Under the pieces are notes generated by a model, which was given only the letters and a program-made list of their open reading frames with translations, was not told the DNA's origin and made no database searches. Below are positions 28,701 to 41,855 of a stretch of DNA of 64,000 bases, piece after piece. Location: contig OX597814.1 of the NCBI GenBank assembly GCA_951406725.2, positions 187,240,001 to 187,304,000 on the forward strand, given 5' to 3'. This stretch comes from Octopus vulgaris. Its lineage: Eukaryota. Each line of letters opens with the position of its first letter. The first letter of the stretch is position 1. Position numbers and translations under genes: made by a program.

Positions 28701-29010
28701 AGCACTAGGATCAATGTAATCAACTTAGCCTCTCCTCAAAATTGCTGGCCTTGTGCCAAAATTTGAAACCATTTTTATTATGAGGAGGCTGCAAGCTGGC
28801 AGGATGGTTAGCATGCAGGACAAAATATATAGTGGCATTTTGTTTGTCTTTATGTTCCAAGTTCAAATTCTGCTGAGGCCAACTTTGTCTTCATCTTTTC
28901 AGGGTTGATGAAATAAGTATCAGTTGGGCACTTGGGGGTAATATAATTAACTAGCCCCTCTGCATCATATTTCAGGCCTTGTGCCTATAGTAGAAAGGAT
29001 TATTAGAATA
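25800..29010 (+). mobile_element. Cluster of mostly head-to-tail diverged family B SINEs, interrupted by a decayed non-SINE segment (~27100-27800) and a MITE
   Basis: Recurrent GAGTTCAAAT / CCTTTCAT / AAGTACCAG / GGCCTTGTGCCT units. Confidence 0.75.
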
Positions 29011-29239
29011 TTGCAGGACACTTTGAACAAAGGGTGCATGTTCATCAGAAACACATGTAAGTTAGATGCCTCATTTAAGAGCAAAATTCCAATAGTAGCT
29101 TTCGGTTGTTTTGTTATTTTCTTTCACGAAGCAATCCAATCTGTGACTATTTACTTACCATATTTTATAAGAGACAAAAAAAAAAAGCAAAAAGAAACAA
29201 ACAAAATAAGATCATGAAATATTAGAAGGATGACAGGAA

Positions 29240-31070
29240 ATAAGAACACGTGGCAAATTCTACGACAAAGAGCAAACACCTGTACAAGTTCCTTTATTAG
29301 ATAAATAATGATCACATGAAAGGACTACTGTACATATTGGAGAGGAGTTATCGTCGTCAAGACAACTAAAGTTGTAGAGGTGGTGAAGTAGCGGTGGATG
29401 CAGCTGCATTGGGCATTGGCATTGTCTGACTGCACATTCTTGTGGCAATCCATATACACTATGATGACAGTCATACAAGTAAAGTCCAACTGACGTAGCT
29501 GCCATAAGAATAGAGGACCAAACAATATCAGTTTCTGATCACACACACACACGCATACATATGCAAACATACACACACACATGCAAACGTGCACACACAT
29601 ACACACACACGCGTGCATGTGTATGTTTGTGAGCATTAGAGGTAGAGAGTAAATGGCTGAAAAGATGAATCCTTCAAAATAGTCGCCCCATTTTATTATT
29701 GTAATAAAGGATTAAAATAAACCTCAGTTACTGATAAAAAAAAAATGAGTTGTTAAAGCATCTTTTAGTTTAACAATAGTTCAGATGTTAGAGAGAGAGA
29801 GAGAGGAGAGGGGGGGAGAGAAGAAATAAGTGGTATACATCAAAAGATAATAGAACCTCTGGAATCCCTACAAAGTTTAGAATTGCTAATTTCTGTGATA
29901 TTTTAATCAATACAATTAAGTTGGTTTCTTTTTTGTGTCTGGTACATATTTAAAAAAAAATATTTTTGACATTTCTTTTGAGCAAGTAATGAAAAATTTA
30001 TCTGGTGAACAAATGTTTACTAACTTAATTTTATTTTTAACACTTCTGAATAAATACTCCAGGAAAAAAAATGCAGCCATGAATTAGCTCAGTCATAGAT
30101 TAAAGAAGTTATTTTCTAGCTAAAGTAAAAATTCACCAATGTATGGCAAAATTAAATGGATCACACTGTAAGAAGAAATGGAACTTGCTAGAAGAAAAGA
30201 ACGAAAAAAAAAAAAGATCCTTAAAAACTGAAATGAATGAACTCAAATAAGAATTTGATTCCAAAAAGAAACAATATTAGTTAACCTAGTTTACTTTAAT
30301 TAAAACCAGTTTCCTTTTAATTTATTCCAAAATTATAACTGAGGTAGAAATTGGAAGGTATAAACTGAAAAAGTTTTTTTTAAATCCATGCGTTTGGAAA
30401 CCCACCCTACTTGTTTTCTATTAAAACTTATTTATTTATCACAAAATGGACTGTTAAGCCCAGAGAACCATTCTGAAATTGAAATTTGTTTTTATGAAAA
30501 CAAAGATTAAAACACCCCTATGACAATTTGGATATTTCTTCCTTTAGCTTCTCTCTTTTATTATTCCTTTTTTTCTTTCCATTTACTTACCCAGATGAAC
30601 ATTTTAAAATACATTTCCCCATTAATTTCATGTACAAAGAACCATTTATTTGTTTTGGAAAGAACCAAAGAGACAAAAAAAAAAATTAAAATAAAAATAA
30701 AAATTCCTGCCAAAGCCAGAATCTGCTGACAGCAAAATGCTTCAAGCAAAAAGTCAAATGAAATACTTTGCAAATACCCTAAGAAACAATTAAAAAGTTA
30801 CTGGCGTTATAAAATTCTTACAACAGAATTGGGAGGGACAGAGGATTAAACTAGCAAATTTTAAACTACACACAAATATAGCTTAAAAATTGATGGATCT
30901 TCTAATATAAAGATATATACATACATACATATATATATACACACACACACACATATACATACATATATATATATATATACATATAGATATATATATACAC
31001 ATATAGATATATATATACACACATATACATATATACACACATATATATATACATAGGTATATGTACACAC

Positions 31071-31107
<37 letters not shown>

Positions 31108-34100
31108 CATACACACACAACACACATACATTATATATATATATATATGTATGTATATATCGACTTTTCAATTGCATTTTGCTCTTTTCTCCTCTGACTA
31201 CTTCAATTTTTCCCAAAACCAGAATTAGTTGATTTATTTACATCCAAATAAAGGAGAAAGGTGAATAAGATTTAATATCAGAACCTAATTTGTGAACTGA
31301 AAAGTTAGTTATGAAATGTTTTAATGAATGATGATAATGAGAAGAAAAATATTTTCTGAAAAATTCTTTTTGTTAGTATATCCGATATTGATTTGATAAC
31401 GATGAAGAACATTATGAAAATAATACTTTTTCTAAAAAAAATTTTCTTCATTCTTGAAACAAAAAAAAAATCTTGCAGCTTTGAAAATTGTAGTATTTAT
31501 AAAATCAAGAACAGGAGCATTCATATGATTGGTCTATTGAAGCAATGTAAATCAACAGATTGTTGAAAATATTATTTCAAAGCTCACTGTGTATGATATG
31601 AAATGAATGATTTCTTAGATATAAAAACTTAAGTAAACAGGACTAAGTCTAATGCCATTGATATAAGAATCGTAATGAGAAATGAACTTATGCTCAATGG
31701 ATTATATATTTTCTTCATTAACAAGAATAAAACAAAGTAGATACCTTCCAATATAATACTCAAGACATAAAACATATAGAGTTAATATACATTTATTTAT
31801 ACAAATGATAACACTATAGTCATTTCATCTGAAGGTCTTATGAAGTATGATACATATTTTACAGTATTCATGTAGCTATAATGGCATGATATGGGAATTG
31901 CATATAGCCATATCCATTGCTTTTTACAAAAGAAATATTGATTTCTTTTGCTCGGGCTCAAGGCCCTTTTCTGTTTACTCTAACTTTATCAGTTTTAGAA
32001 AGATTAAAAATGAAATTAACCTCATGCAAACACCCAGACAGAATTTTTTGAAACAGGAATGTGAAACTCCAACCAAGAGGCTATAAAATAACAACTCTTA
32101 CATTCTACTATTTACTCCAAACCTAAAACCTCATAAGAGAAATGATTATGAAATAAAAGATAATAAATATAATTGAGATAGTAAATATTAACAGTATTAA
32201 GTAGAAATCCATTATAGTTTTTTTATATCAACAATTTTCGCTTATTAACTTAATTTCCCTCTAGAAGAAATGCAATTATGCATTGATGGTTTTAATCTCT
32301 CAGATACAAACCTAAGATTCTAAGCAACAATTGTTAGAAAAACAAAAAGAATACAAATCTGCCTTTTAAGTAATTAATATTGGGGAATTATAATTGATTT
32401 CTACCAAAACTAACTGGGGAAATGGTCAATCCCTGATTGCTGTATTAATAAGAGTTAATGAAAAGCTTTTTGGGTGGGGCAGATTCTGGTTGAAGATCTG
32501 TCAGAGTAGAGATGCAGTTGTTGGACTTGTAAGGAGTATGTGATATATAAAAAGATGTAGACTGCTTTAAATTTTAGAGTAGATTTAAGAAAATAACTTA
32601 AAACTATAGTGAGGTGAGAAGCTGCAAAGATATAGAGATTTGTTTGATGTATAGGAGAAATATGGGGGTGGAGGGTGAAATGTACAATGAGATGCAATGA
32701 TGTAAAAATAAGTAATGATGAAATACATTAGTGATATAATGTTTTGCTTTTTTGTCTTTTTTGTGGGTGGGGTTTATACAATATTAATGAACCTGTCTTT
32801 GAAAATAATTTTTTAAAAAAATGTTCTTTTGCTGCAAAGTTTGGAAAAAAGGTATAAAATCTGTCTTGCAACAGAACTGTGAACCCAGACAATAATGAAT
32901 GATTTCAGAAACGTAATAATGAGGGGAGAAATAATTATAAAGGATTCAGCTACGTCAGTTACCTTAAAACATTGAATTCAGATATACAAGATGATTTAAG
33001 CCCATGAAAAATATATACACACACAAAAGGAGAAAAAAATAAAAATAAAATGGGCCTCACCCCCAACCCTCTTAACTGTTATGACAAACCACACTTTCCT
33101 TTCATTCAGTTAATAATGTTGTACAGTCACTTATATTCCAACATATGTACCTGTGCAAGCAATCATTCATCAAGTGTAGGGGGGGGAAAAAAATTCTAGA
33201 TGATGTGAAACATTAATAAAAAAAAAAGCAAGCTATTATACTATTATCAATGGTGAGTTTTTTTTTTCATATTTTCAAACCATATTTATATATATAATTT
33301 TTAATTATTTTAAATGTCATTCTTTTAAAGTCTTACTCCACATATTTAGTTAAAAATAATTTTTGAAAACACCAACAATTCAACAAATCTAAAAGTGGTT
33401 GGCTTAAAATATACAATTTCAGAATTCTTTGATACTGCCCTTTACGGTAGTTTATTGTAGTGATATGTTGGTGAAGGACCTGACACAGGTAAAATGGAGA
33501 AGATTTTTTTCTTAACTGCAAAAATTTTTCTGGCAGCAATATTTTAAATATGCTACAACAATGACATAAGTAATAGTACTAAACAGCTGTTCTGCATGTA
33601 TACGCACACATTTGTGTGCGTGCATGTGTGTGTATACATACACACACATCTATATATATATACATATATATCACGTGATCACGTGACCGACCAGACCATC
33701 AGATGTTGTTACACATCGCTGGTCACAATGCATTTGCATTGTTTTAGCCTTTGAATGACGCCACCCCGCTGGCTAAGCGAGCAGGCCAATATACATATAT
33801 ATATTGATGTGTGTGCATATCTATCCACACACATAAACAAACACATGCATACACCTTCTTTTAAAAGCTAAGTTGAGGAAATGCCAATAAATTAAGTCAA
33901 ATACTTTGCTGTTGCAGTCACAAATTAACAATAATTATGTGGGTTTTTTCATTCTCACTGTTTGTGCTCTCTTTCAAATAACACATTCAAGACCTCCCCA
34001 TAAAATAAATTGCATACATACATACACACATACATATATATATGTATGTATATATGTATGTATGCACAAAAATCCTATTACTACAAAGACAATGTATGCC

Positions 34101-36433
34101 ACAATGCACAGAGAAATCCTCACAATGAAGAATTTTTGGCAACTTCATTTTGTTCATCTTGTGGGTTTAATCTGTGACTCTACTTGGTAAACACTGACCA
34201 CAGCCTCCAATGCAATACTGACCACATAGATACGTGAAGTGAGGTTCTAAGTTTAAACAGATGAACGCTATAATTTGTAGTTGATTTTTTTTTTTTCTTC
34301 TTTTTCATATGTTAAAAACTTTTTGTAAAACCTTGCCCTTAGAAGAAATACATTCTTTTGAAAGTTGCTCTCCACATTCATTCAGAATCTTTCATACATC
34401 CAGTTTTAATGTTTTTCTCTCTTTTTTTTTTGTTTGTTTGTTTAAATCCTTATTTGTCCAACAGCAATATTTTACAAATTAAACATAAACATAAGGTAGC
34501 AGATTTTCTTTTATCCTAGTGTATATCCAAACTGATAAAAATAGATAAGAAAATAGTAAGTAATGGACACACCAATTCAATTAAGTATGTAAAGAACAGA
34601 TTTAATATACCTACCCAACCCATTCCAAAAACAATAAAATCTTTAGCTGGCTATTTTTTTTTTCTTCTAAATATTGGTCAAAAGAAAAAAAAAAAAGTTA
34701 TGTTACTCTAAGCATTGGTCCAGAGATGCAGCATTGAAACAAACAGAATTTGTATCAAAGTACTGCATTAAGGTGCAAGATATAGAATACATCTACTCTA
34801 AGAAGTAAAGTTACTTTTCATTATAAAGAAATTTAAAGGCTTAATTGATATTGGTATATAGCAAACAACTGATCAAATTATAAAATTACGAAAAAAAAAA
34901 ACCCCAGTAAACCCCAACAAAAACTAAGTGTTAGAAGTTGTAAAAGAGGCTCTGCAATAATAATAATAATAATTGCTGTGTCAAAGACAGAAGGATAAAA
35001 ACACGCATAACTGGATTTGATGGATATAAGGTGTCAGGATATGTAATACAGAAATGGAGAGGGGGTGGGGGAAATCTGTTGAGGGTTGATAAAATTAAAG
35101 GTTCTTGTGAGAAGAAAAGTATGTGGGTGAGGTCAGAATGAGGACAAAACAAACAAAAAAAAAGTGAGTGGTAGAGATGGGGGTGGGGATTTAAGCATAC
35201 TGGAAATTTGAACCTAATCCAGGCAAGTAATAATTGAAAAATATATGTATATTTATATATATATATTTATATATATATATATATATTGATTTATTTATTT
35301 ATATTTATATATATTCATCTATATGTATATGATAAAATTGGATGTGATATTTTTCAATTTTTTTCCCTTTAATTTTTTTTTATATTTTATTTTCTAATAT
35401 TTCTTTTATTTTCTCTCTTTTTTTAACGCCCATCCACTGTACAGGAGTTTGACAGGAGAGTCCACCAGATCAATGGCTGCCAATTGCTTTAAAGACAAAA
35501 ATACAAATCAATATTTTGCTAAATTGTTTTTTTTTTTCTTCATTTTTTTTATCTCTCCTTTGGGGTTTTTTTTTTAAATCTTCATAAAAAGACTGAAATC
35601 TTCCCAGCATAATTTGTCACTTGAAAGTTGCTATTGTTAGGGGAGGATTGGTTTAAAAATTGCTTAAAATTTCTATGACAATGTTCTTTTGTTCCTTAAA
35701 GGTGTATACAGTCTCAAGTCCCTTTCAAGTGGGAAACATAAAAAAAAAAAAAAAACCTGAAGAAAAAAATTCCCTTTTGTCCTTTGCTTTTTAAAGATCA
35801 ATCAGTCGGTGGCCTTTTTGTTTCCCCCATTTCCAAGAATAGCCGTTGTAAAGAAATGTGTTTGGTTGGGTACTGAGACCCATCTGAGCAGTGAAACAAT
35901 GAAATTGTGTTTAACTGCAGTGACAATTGTCAAATACAAGAGTCTTTACCTGCTGAACAGTTAAGTTTCTTTTCCTTTTTTTATTTTTTATTATCATTAT
36001 ATATTTGTGTTTATTTTATTTTATTATTTTTTTTACATATGTAAACCATTGATCTAAAAAGGTTCAACTTGATTGTTGCTGTCATCATGACCCTCTGAGG
36101 TAACACACCAGCCTCGTTTTGGGTCACAACTAAGAAGGAAGCATTGCATTTCGCAGCAACTTCTCACTTATGGTTGACACAACATTCCAACAGATTTGGA
36201 GCTGGAAATGTTGATGTCAGATAGAATTTTTTCTTGTTTTCTTTTCATTTTTGAAAATTTTTGTTGTAATTATTTCGCCACATTTTTACCAGTTGTTTTA
36301 TTTTAACTCATTTTTTTTGTTTTGGTGAGAAATTTGTTTCACTTTATTTTTATTTTTTTCATAGATTTTTATTCAGTCTTATGATTTAATCACTGGGTAT
36401 GCTAGCTGGGATTGCAGTTACTGTAAGTGTCTC
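29240..36433 (-). other. Putative long 3' UTR of the ZMIZ gene (3' end uncertain)
   Basis: ~7 kb after the stop nearly free of the SINEs that saturate flanks and introns; minus-strand AATAAA at e.g. ~31792, ~30431, ~29292. Confidence 0.5.
30910..31160. repeat. Compound (AT)/(AC) microsatellite
   Basis: Direct. Confidence 0.95.
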
Positions 36434-36589
36434 CTAAGAGTCAAACAACGACAAAAGATCATCATTATTGTTACTGCCATTCCCACTGTTCCCTGAGCCA
36501 GGTGCACCACCAGTGCCATCTCCGCTGTTTTCAGGAGGACCCAAATATGATAAAAGTTCCATTGGATCACCTATGTTCTCAGGAAGAAG
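36434..36589 (-). CDS. ZMIZ1: ZMIZ last coding exon (LLPENIGDPMELLSYLGPP...NNNDDLLSLFDS*)
   Basis: ELLSYL and DDLLSLF match ZMIZ C-termini; cattacag acceptor; TAG at 36434-36436. Confidence 0.95.
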   Translation of the reverse strand, partial: LLPENIGDPMELLSYLGPPENSGDGTGGAPGSGNSGNGSNNNDDLLSLFDS

Positions 36590-37138
36590 CTGTAATGAAA
36601 AGAAAAATTTCTATTAAACAGTTATTCAATACAGTTTTTTTCTAAACAAGTGCAAAGCTTAAACAAATATGTTAACTAAACCTGAAGACAAAAGAACTTA
36701 ACTGAACCTAAAAGCTATCTCAAACCAAAATCGTAACAAATTTTGGTCATTTAAAGAAGGAAAAAGTGAAAAAAATACAAATTATAAAGCATCAGTCCAT
36801 AATATTATACATTAACAAGTCAGAGAGGTCTATAGACTTCGTGCTACAGTGCAAGAATTATTTCTTCTTATAGAAATAACAAGAGTGAGGCTGAGAAGTT
36901 TACTTCCTAACAACATAGTTTCAAGTTAGGTGCCACTATATGGCACTGTGCCTTTGACTATAGCCCCAGGTTGACTAAAGCCATGAGAGGGTTTGATAGA
37001 TGGAAACAGAAAGAAGCCCATCATAAATGTATGCATGTGCAAGTGTGTGTGTGTGTTTGTGTTTCCTTGTCTTGACATCATGTGATGATTGTAAAAGAGG
37101 ATCACTGTCATACAAGTGGTGTTGTCTGTTGGCATTCT

Positions 37139-37372
37139 TATTTCTTATTTGCCCACAAGGGGCTAAAGATAGAGGGGACAAATAAGGATAGACAAAGGGA
37201 TTAAGTCGATTACATCGACCTCAGTGTGTAACTGGTACTTAATTTATCGACCCCGAAAGGAGGAAAGGCAAAGTCAACCTCAGCGGAATTTGAACTCAGA
37301 ACCTAACAGCAGACAAAATACCGCTAAACACTTTGCCCGGTGTGCTAACGATTCTGCCAGCTTGCTTCCTTA
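37139..37372 (-). mobile_element. Family B SINE with 13-bp TSD (ctgttggcattct)
   Basis: Direct repeats at ~37126 and ~37377. Confidence 0.8.
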
Positions 37373-37827
37373 ATGCCTGTTGGCATTCTGTGAAAACCTG
37401 TACAGTCATGGGAAAATATTACCTTGCTTGGAAACAGGTAAAGGTTGTTAATAAGAAGGACATCCAGCTATAGAAAATCTGCCTCAACAAATCCTGCTTG
37501 ATCTGTGCAAGCATGAAAAAGTGGATGTGAAAACAATGATGATGATGATGTGCATGTTCATTTACACTTGTGCATTGCTGAAAATAGTGAGCTACAAGCG
37601 GCGATGTGGCTGTCAATCCTTCTGTCAACAAATGGTCAGCTGGCTTTGCAGCTTCAAAACTTGCATGTGAAATAATAAATCCCTTACTTGAAAAACAATA
37701 AGGGTTAGCAACAGGAAAGGCGTCCAGCTGTAAAACAATGCCTCAGTAATATATTTGCCTAACCCATGCTAGCATGGAAAAACAGATGCATAAACTAACA
37801 AAAACAAATAATTAAATTAAAACATAC

Positions 37828-38227
37828 ATCAAGTGATTCTTGTCCTTGTCCTTCTCCATCAATAATGGCAGCTGGGTCAAAGTTCAAATCTCCTAAATTT
37901 CTATGGTGTGATGAAGTGTCTGTAGTAGGTGTATTACTTGGAGTGGAGCTGTTAGGCTGATGACTGAGCGGATGGCTGCCATTTGATGAACTGTTGGGAA
38001 CTTGTGATTGGCTGGGCGGTGTCATGTGATTGTTGATGCTAGGATTCTGTTGGTGTTGCTGCTGTTCCATTCCAGGATGAGAAGATCTCAGCTGTTGACC
38101 AGGCTGTTCAGCAGCATTGGGATTATACTGGCTTGAAGGAGGTGGCGGCAGTGGTGGGGGTATATGACCACCCAGTTGTTTGTCTGTTGAATGTGGTGGT
38201 TGCTGTTGCTGATGTTGCTGCTGCTGC

Positions 38228-38261
<34 letters not shown>

Positions 38262-38438
38262 GCTGCTGCTGCTGCTGCTGTTGCTGTTGTTGTTGTTGCT
38301 GCTGCATCGGTGGCTGTCCACCAGGTGGCCCACCGGCCATATTTTCATTAATATGACTTAACTGTCCTGGAAAATCTGGAGGTCGGCCTTGAAAATTCCC
38401 ACTTCCATCATTGTAGTTACTACCTGTGAATGGTGCTC
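37828..38438 (-). CDS. ZMIZ1: ZMIZ large exon: Pro-rich C-terminal region with Q30HQ4, ending DLNFDPAAIIDGEGQGQESLD
   Basis: atttcag / GAT|gtatgt, 611 nt, frame consistent with both neighbours. Confidence 0.93.
38200..38304 (-). repeat. Coding CAG/CAA repeat (Q30-H-Q4)
   Basis: Direct codon count. Confidence 0.95.
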
Positions 38439-38966
38439 CTGAAATAAATAAATTAATATATTCCAGATATCATGTACCACAAATTCATTATATTTCATTT
38501 TACTTCAAAGCACAGTGCATTTAAAGCAGCGATAATTTATTTTCTCTCTTCAAATGAAATATTATATCTATATAAAATATTACTGCTCTTGCTAAGAACA
38601 GTTTCTGGAAGTCACTGAAGAATTTAAACCACTGAGACAATCTAGATCTGACATTAACTTTGATATCTAAATAGTTCAAAGTACTGTATGTTTCTTTTTT
38701 CATTCCTGTAGATATTATTTGTTATCAATAAAGGGGCTTTAGGAGAATAATTTAAATCAAAAAGTGAAAAGCAACAGGAATGACAGAAAAGATTAATATG
38801 ACTTCCTTCAATTCTGATGCACAATATTCTGCATTTACCATATTGGAACTTCTATCTCAATTAACAAAATTATGAGATAAAGAAAGAGAAGAAATTTATT
38901 TTACAACCTAAACCTTTTGAAATATATACTTTAAAATAAAATCGAATCAATGCTAAAGATTTCTAC

Positions 38967-39104
38967 CTTGAGAGGCAGGAGGCAAGGGATAGGGAGAATG
39001 CTGGCGAGCATTTGGACCAAATTCCCATGAATTCATAGTTGGTAAGGGCATACTTGATGGAGACATGGCTTTCATCCAGCGACTGTTACCACCACTGCAT
39101 TGTT
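38967..39104 (-). CDS. ZMIZ1: ZMIZ exon (EQCSGGNSRWMKAMSPSSMPLPTMNSWE...PPASQ), not in the ORF track
   Basis: Open frame, KxMSPxxMxxP motif, cccttcag / G|gtagaa, phase 1-1. Confidence 0.9.
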
Positions 39105-39202
39105 CTGAAGGGGGAACAAAAACATTTTTTTCTTAGTAAGAATTCTAGAATGGCTGCCAAAATTAGCAAAGTAGAAAATAACTGGATGAAATCAAAATTT
39201 AC

Positions 39203-39363
39203 CATTTTCATCAGGTTCTTGTTTCACGGCTGTCTTTAATGGTACAGGTTTCCAGCTTGCAGTCTGGTCAATAGTAACTTCTTCAAAATCTGTCTGAGCC
39301 AAATTATTGAGAACCGCCCAAATATACTGGTCAATTTCAAGACCTTCCAGTAAAGCTGTTTTG
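39203..39363 (-). CDS. ZMIZ1: ZMIZ exon ([19 protein letters not shown]...VKQEPDEN)
   Basis: Conserved post-RING block; ttttcag / G|gtaaat; contains a VKQE SUMO-consensus motif. Confidence 0.96.
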
Positions 39364-39402
39364 CTGAAAATGACCAAAAATAATTTTTGTTCAGATTCTA
39401 TA

Positions 39403-39456
<54 letters not shown>

Positions 39457-40149
39457 TACATACATACATACAGAAACATTAGCATAACACATAATAAATA
39501 CTACAAAAAGAAACACATAAAACAAATATCAAAGACATTAAAATACTACCTAAAAGATTGCTAATGTTGCACCATTATCACATTAACTTGTAAGTAATCT
39601 AGTGTTGCAGTAAAGTAAATATTAATCTTTTTAAATACATTTTGTATCATCAAGAATTGTTGGCAAATCAATCTAATTCTATAGCAAGTTGAGCCAAAAG
39701 AATCATACTTTTCTATACATAGATGGACAGAACAATATGCACTCACTCACACATACAGACACACACAAAAAGATGCATTAATGGTTTGACATTGTCATTC
39801 GAGTTCGTTATATACCTACATTACATTTATCGAGGTTAAAAGTACTTTGTATTTTCTATGTATTATTTGGCAAAATGCCTTATAATTTTAGAATAAAAGC
39901 AGCTATTCATTTTTGCTCCTTCCTATGAGATAGAGTAATCTCAATGTTCATATAACTAAAACAAAATGCTGATCAATAACTTAGCAAATCAAATATTTTG
40001 TTAAAAGATGAGAAAATTCAGGACTAATTTACATTCGTTGCATAGTAATAAGTATGGGGAGTGTGGGAAGTTTTATGTAGTATCTATAAAATAAGAAGAA
40101 AAGCAAACATTAATTTGCTAATCTTTGAAGATAGAAAATATTTTACTTA

Positions 40150-40269
<120 letters not shown>

Positions 40270-40512
40270 TCAACAAGATTATATATATATAAAGGATCAC
40301 AATTTCTTCTACTCTCATATACTACATATCCCATTAATCCCATTACATTTTGGCATAATTTCCTGATAACTTTGATCTCCAAGAAGCTGCCCACCTCTCT
40401 ACCCAACACCAAGGAAAGATACCAGTTAGAAGCTAAATTCTGCTCTCCTAAATCCAAGTACAAATCAGTAAAGAGATTCATAAAACCTGCTGGTATGTAG
40501 TATAAAATATAA

Positions 40513-40629
40513 CTCCATGCTAGCATGGGTTGGACGGTTCAACCGGGGATCTGGGAAGCCAGGAGCCTGGTGCAGCCCTCTGGCTTCCCAGATCCCCGGT
40601 CGAACCGTCCAACCCATGCTAGCATGGAG
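40513..40629. repeat. Near-perfect inverted repeat (50-bp arms, 17-nt loop)
   Basis: 40513-40562 vs 40580-40629, one mismatch. Confidence 0.95.
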
Positions 40630-41623
40630 AACGGATGTTAAACAATGATGATGATGATGATGAATAAATAATAAAAACTAAGTGTCGCTAATAGATGTTA
40701 ATTTTCATGATACACAAAAAAAAAAAAAAATAACTTCAGATGATTTAACAAGGCACGCAAGGCCAATGAGAGGATTCGTAGAAGAAAACATAATGATGCT
40801 ACATACTCATACACACACACATGCAAATGCATGTGTGCACCCACGTGTGTTTATATTTGCAATTGCTTACAACGGGTGTTGTTGTCCTAGCGTTTACTAT
40901 ACTCTGTAAAGTGGGTGGCAGCAGGAAGGGCATCCTGCCATAGAAACCATGCCAAAACAGACAAGTGGAGCCTGGTGCAGCTCTCCAGCTGGTCAGTTCC
41001 AATCAAGCCATCCAACCCATGCCAGCAAGGAAGATAGATGTTAAATGTAAAGTGTGGAGGAGGAGGACGTGGATGAAGGACATCTATCTATAACAATGCC
41101 TTAAATAACAGTTGTTCAACTAATACAAACATGGAAAAAAAGATAAAACGAATGAATGAATCCATAACTAGCAGGAATTTTATGCATCAAATAGTTTAGA
41201 AAGTGATGGTCATGTATTTAAGAAGTTTGCTTGAAAACAATGTGGTTCGTTTCCTCTACATAGCACTTTGCTAAGAGTCTTCAATTACCCACTGCTATAT
41301 GATTGAAATTTAATACGGGGAAACTGGAAATATGACTGTAGGAAGCCTGATGTGCGTGTGTGTGTGTGTGTGTGTGTGCACGCGCATGTGTACAGGTGTC
41401 TCCACAATGACACCAAATTTCTCTTACAAACTATTAATCAACCTGAGGTTATACAACAAGACACTTGCCAAAGTGCCATGCAGTGGGATTGAACTTAGAA
41501 CCATGTGGCTGCAAATTGAATTTCTTAACCATACAGCTACACCTGCACTTGTGTGTGTAGCATCATTATATGTTTTCTTCTACCGATCCTCCTTGTGTGC
41601 TATATTGTTAAATCAACTGTATG

Positions 41624-41855
41624 AAGGCGGTGAGCTGGCAGAATCGTTAGCATGCTGGGCGAAATGCTTAACAATATTTCGTCTGCCGCTACGTTCTGAG
41701 TTCAAATTCCTCCGAGGTCGACTTTGCCTTTCATCCTTTCGGGGTCGATTAAATAAGTACCAGTTACGCACTGGGGTCGATATAATCGATTTAATCCGTG
41801 GGTCTGTCTTTGTTTTCCCCCTCTATGTTTAGCCCCTTGTGGATAGTAAAGAAAT
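41624..41855 (+). mobile_element. Family B SINE, full-length
   Basis: GGCGGTGAGCTGGCAGAA head, B box, Meta-like core. Confidence 0.85.

Noticed and set aside
25800-29010. CRISPR-like repeat-spacer array
   Set aside because: Units are diverged ~200-bp SINEs in eukaryotic DNA; no constant repeat length or cas genes
31325-31455. Possible hairpin in the putative UTR
   Set aside because: Pairing is limited to A/T runs expected at this composition
36383-36436. Stop-codon readthrough extension of ZMIZ (15 codons after TAG)
   Set aside because: TAG-G is not a leaky context and the DDLLSLF C-terminus matches the family end
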